Positions 60,101-64,000 of a DNA stretch of 64,000 nt are shown here, piece by piece. The position numbers and the translations under genes are program-made. The DNA comes from Lingula anatina (taxonomy: Eukaryota; Animalia; Brachiopoda). The notes beneath the pieces are model-generated. The model ran no database searches, was not told where the DNA came from, and saw nothing but the letters and a program-made list of their open reading frames with translations. How positions within the stretch are numbered: position 1 is the first letter of the stretch; the number at the start of each line of letters is the position of its first letter. Location: NCBI GenBank assembly GCA_051362555.1, contig CM120640.1, positions 66,132,788-66,196,787 on the forward strand, in the 5' to 3' direction.

Positions 60101-61284
60101 ACAGAGCTCCTTCATGACACCCTTCAAAAGAACAGAATGAAAATTTACATTTATAATAAATTGTCATTATTTGACCTACATAGTCGGGTATATCTTTATT
60201 ATATGTTGAAGCTATATCTCCAGGAGTAATAGCCAGCTATAACTGATATAGTTTAGTGTTGCAATGATTCTCTGGTGGTATGGCCAAATCCAATTAAGAC
60301 TTGAATCTTTCCATTTTTTCTTATTTGTTCGTATTTTGCTTGTACAAATGCATAAAATGAAAAGGGGATAACTAAATATGTAATATTTATATGTATAAAT
60401 ATTCTGTGCTTTTATTAACAGCTTGGATAACGACATTTAGTTCACAGATTTCTCGAAGACCGTACATGGACACTTGAGGGATAAACGGAAAACAATCGGC
60501 GTCAGACGACCATTGTATTCAAGGACAGATCATATCATGAATGAGCCTCTCACTCCTTAAATTTACGCTTAAAAAACACAATATTGTATTAAAATACAAA
60601 AGTTATTACTTACATTGCTAAATTATATTCCGTGTTATCTTCGACTTCGGTAATACACTCTGTCACACGCACCAAATAAAGCGCTTTGGGTTTTAATAAT
60701 TCCATTTTCACACCATAAAAAGTGCAGTTAGAATGTCCAGACTCCCGTTTACGCCATAGCAAATCACATTATCGTAAAAACTAGCTCTTGTCGCTATGAA
60801 TAGTAGTTATTGAAACATGTAGAGCGTGAGTTGAATGCAGCGGCATGGAAACCGGAAGTGAAACTCCCCAACTCTCGGGGTCACAAGCTCGGCCTGCGAG
60901 ATTTGAAGTTGGCATTCCATTTTCTCTACTTCTATGATCAAACTAAAATATGTTACCTGTCAAGTTCATAATACCTTACATATACTAGTACACAAGATGC
61001 TGGGAAAAAAGTTTCTCTAACAGGCATTACAATCTAAACACCTACCCTTGTTCCTCCATCAGCTCCTGCATTTCCATACATTTCAATTCCACTTTTCTTT
61101 TTCTTTCATGGTCCAGAATCTCTTGATTAGGTCCCTTATTCATACTTTGGTCCAGCTTCTTCAGTTCTTCCTCACTTTTATAATCAACCTTATCCTTGTG
61201 CCGCCTTATGGAGGACAGATTCCTCTGCACATAGCCATTGGTGCCACTCCCCCGGGCCGTCTCCAGCCCTATCCCATTATACAT
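47887..61284 (-). CDS. SRRM2: SRRM2/3/4 ancestral (Cwc21/SRm300) splicing factor, eMIC isoform ~494 aa; exons 61284-61046, 56005-55895, 54477-54310, 54041-53964, 53739-53680, 51965-51918, 51804-51700, 50629-50501, 50272-50063, 49861-49685, then distal last exon 48046-47887
   Basis: MYNGIGLETARGSGTNGYVQRNLS and cwf21 domain (ILDHERKRKVELKC...YPAEEVERKVAAFRKML...THQIAEA...LRAAFGL). All introns phase 2. RS/SP-rich body; junction GSPSHLDRRRITS|ARKRPVPYYRP is the eMIC motif of SRRM3/4. Confidence 0.93.
49147..49285 (-). CDS. SRRM2: Alternative (proximal) terminal exon of the SRRM2/3/4 gene, RS-rich, eMIC-less isoform
   Basis: Acceptor ccacattcag|G in phase 2 with the donor at 49685. Encodes (R)SRSRSQERRRRRYSSSRSRSRSRTRAYDRYNQSRSRSPYYRSSRR*. 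Confidence 0.8.
54091..54140. repeat. (TAAA)n microsatellite
   Basis: About 12 TAAA units. Confidence 0.9.
54957..55567. mobile_element. Non-autonomous DNA transposon, 611 bp, TA TSD, SRRM2 intron
   Basis: TIR gacttgcccttcaagaaatcgacg / cgtcgatttcttgaagggcaagtc flanked by TA. Left end has a 17-bp tandem duplication; an internal inverted TIR-like copy lies at ~55328-55360. Confidence 0.85.
56122..56406. mobile_element. Hairpin MITE, 285 bp, CAA TSD (PIF/Harbinger-like)
   Basis: ~115-bp inverted arms gagggcat.cacaacag...caaatatggcggtccctacatgaaagcagagc; CAA on both flanks. Confidence 0.9.
56447..60936 (-). mobile_element. Decayed THAP-bearing DNA transposon (P-superfamily-like), 4.49 kb, in the first coding intron of SRRM2/3/4
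   Basis: Perfect 30-bp terminal inverted repeats CATAGAAGTAGAGAAAATGGAATGCCAACT, with further subterminal matches (gagcttgtgacc.cgagagttggg...acttccggt). Flanked by a 7-bp direct repeat ATCAAAC. Internal THAP remnants MKELCCVVLCS (~60116) and HCINRCDNNFNPEKVKVCSRYF (~59770-59705). Confidence 0.85.
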
Positions 61285-63745
61285 GATTGCTACTGGTCAA
61301 CTGAAATGTAATTACAATAACTGCAATGGGTTAAGACAGACACTGCCTATGAAGGAAACACCTGACAGACTATCTCAAAATCCATTTCCCGTGTTCAGCC
61401 ATAGTAACCATGGCAAACTCCTACTGCTACTAATGTGATAAAACGACAAATCATCCACACTTCGCGTTGTTTTCCAGTGATTATTCAGAGCTTTCTTCAA
61501 CCACAGCCAATATTGCTCTAGATACGATAAGCTGCTGCTCAGAGAAAAAATAATCAATATGGTAACGTCATGCTGCAGCAAAACTCATCATGAAATATTG
61601 ACATCCTGTGAAGAATGAAGGTGTCCAAATGCTTGATTGTACACTCAATCAATACAACAGGAAATTACATCCCAACAGCAAGCTATGTAGTTCTACGTAT
61701 TGATTCTACGGCCTGATCAATTGCCCACGGGAAATATCACCCTGTTCATGCAGCTTTAAATGGGCAAAATCAACATTTTATATTCAGAGTTCAATTTATT
61801 TACATGCTTACAAAAAATTATTTTCAATATTATGATAATAGACTGCAAAACTGAAACTCGCGATACAGAACATATGGGTCATTTCACAAAAAAGGAAACA
61901 TTTGTGTTTAGTAAGTGATGCACACATTTTGTGTAATATTTGCATTTCTACTGTTTTATATTGCTTTTTGATAACTGTTAATTTCTTCCCACATAGGGCA
62001 CTTTAGAATACAACAATTATAATTATAGGACATTAAAAAATTATGCAAATATTACATAAAATGGCAATGGAACTGACATAACTCAAGCAAATGAATGAGC
62101 CATATATGAACACCAACTTTTCAAACAGTACCTGTAAAACTTATAAAAAATCTACTAGTACTTGTTTGACTAAATTTTTAGCTAAAAAGACCCCCCATTA
62201 ACAAGCTGTTCACCTTCACTAGTTTCCAGGGTATAATGGAGGTAAGCACACTAAGGGGACATCTGTGGGAAGACCTGGTTAGACAATATAAAACAATAGC
62301 CTGATAGGACAGAGATGCAATGGAAATTGCCAATGATAGACTAAAAGCAAAAATCACAGACTCAGGGGCCCTTTTCCAAGTGATACACTTATAGATGGAC
62401 CAGTTTTAACCTGTCTTTAATAAGGGGATGTGACTCCCTTTCCCAAGTTCTCCACAAGTTTGCTTCTTGCTGTTTAATCATTTTATTGGTACAGTTGTGC
62501 ATGGAGGTTCTGTTCAGGTGACTCTCTAAATAACAGCCAGGCTATTAAGTTGTCAAATTAAAATGACAGTCAGCTAGTTCAAGGTATGTTACATAAAACA
62601 CAATGCCACATTTTTACTGGCTGGAAAAAAACTAAAAAACTACAATCAAGCAGGATGAAAAATTGCTCGGCCTACACGATCATTCATGAATTTGCTGTTA
62701 GGCAGGAAACAACCCTGATATTTTTCTTATATTCACATTCTGCTCATTCTATCTTCAACAGGTATATGACTGATTTCACAGCAGCATTACATAACTGACA
62801 TACCAGCATGTTTATATAGCCTTATTGACAGTACTGTTGATAGCAAGACTGGATGGCTTTTCAGCAAATGATACATATCAGAAAATCTTGCAAGAAGCCC
62901 TGCTGCATAAAACATTGTGCAAGCCTAAACCCTAACTTGAAGGTAGCTACTAAAACTTACTTATTAGACATCACTTAGTAATTAAAGGGATAATAACTCT
63001 TCGTATGAGATCTATATTTCACAACAAAAATCTTGTGAATAACTCATAGAAATATAATATATTCTGTTTTACCACAAAAACAGCAGTTATAGCTATTATC
63101 CTGATATCTGAGCTTGTCTTTAGACCACGTGACCTCCATTGATGGCTATACTCTGTTAAAATCTCTTAAGAGATTTTAACAAAAAACCAAACTTTTTAGA
63201 AAAAAAACAGGGACCAACTTTGAATGTAAAAATGGATTCATTAACCATTGGAAAGTATGGGAAAATTGTTGTTTACTCCAGGAAAATTCATTTTTTGGCC
63301 GAAACGAAGAGTTATTATTGCTTTAAACATAGCAATATAGTATACTAGTACTAACACTAGTAGTTCATCAAATGAAGTATAAAATAGATCCACATAATAA
63401 TATTTATTTCGTAACTAAAATTTAATTGGTACATATAGTATGATATACTATTAAAAGTGATAGCAGATACTAAAACACAAACAATATCTACTAGAATTAA
63501 GTGGTTTGAATATCAAACCATTTTATCTCCTTAAATTGAAAACTTCAAGGCGATTGGGTTAATACATCAATATTTGTGGGAGCCCATGGAAAAACGTCTT
63601 TGCAGGTCTCACGGTTCTAGGTTTTGAGACTCCTATGTCACTCAGGGCACATACTTTCCAACAAAGACAAAGCATACAGTTGTGAAGGCAAATAAAAAAC
63701 TTCTCAATGACTTCACACCAGTGGATTTAAACATATGGTACTCAC

Positions 63746-63860
63746 TTTGTCTTTCGTTCTGCAACCCGTTTCTTTGTTGTAAACATTAAATATCGAATTA
63801 TAGTCGATCGAACATTTTCGGCATAATTTCCCAGAAATGCATGCAACTTCCGGTATGTAA
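63746..63860 (-). promoter_or_regulatory. Probable non-coding first exon and promoter of the SRRM2/3/4 gene
   Basis: Donor AA|gtgagt at 63745. The ATG exon has its own acceptor (tacatttcag| at 61301). ETS-type ACCGGAAGT at 63854-63846. Confidence 0.5.
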
Positions 63861-64000
63861 AAGTTTGGAACACATTTTGTTGCCTGTGGGAACGTCCTTT
63901 ACGGAAAAATAAAATTTAAGATCTTATTTTGCAAAACTATATTTTGGTAGAGACTATAAAACAAAACAATTAATGTGTTTTTTATCATTAAGAAATATTT

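Overview
AT-rich, intron-containing animal genomic DNA, most likely from a marine invertebrate (lophotrochozoan-like; the species cannot be fixed from sequence alone). Hand-splicing at GT..AG sites with consistent phases gives eight genes. (1) The first coding exon of a hillarin-like LIM protein (-). (2) A 4-exon uncharacterised secreted protein with two related beta-rich domains (+). (3) A 5-exon C-type lectin + PAN/apple protein (+). (4) A RERG-type Ras GTPase (-) with Leu at the Ras-Q61 position. (5) An 80-aa secreted Cys-rich prohormone-like precursor (-) that the ORF track captures only in part. (6,7) UBXN11 (-) and PXMP2 (+), head-to-head. (8) The ancestral SRRM2/3/4 (Cwc21) gene (-) with two alternative last exons, the distal one completing the eMIC neural-microexon domain. 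Introns and intergenic DNA hold many hairpin MITEs, Helentron-associated-like repeats, microsatellites, and a 4.5-kb decayed THAP-bearing P-like DNA transposon with a 7-bp TSD. All models are manual and untested against RNA data.
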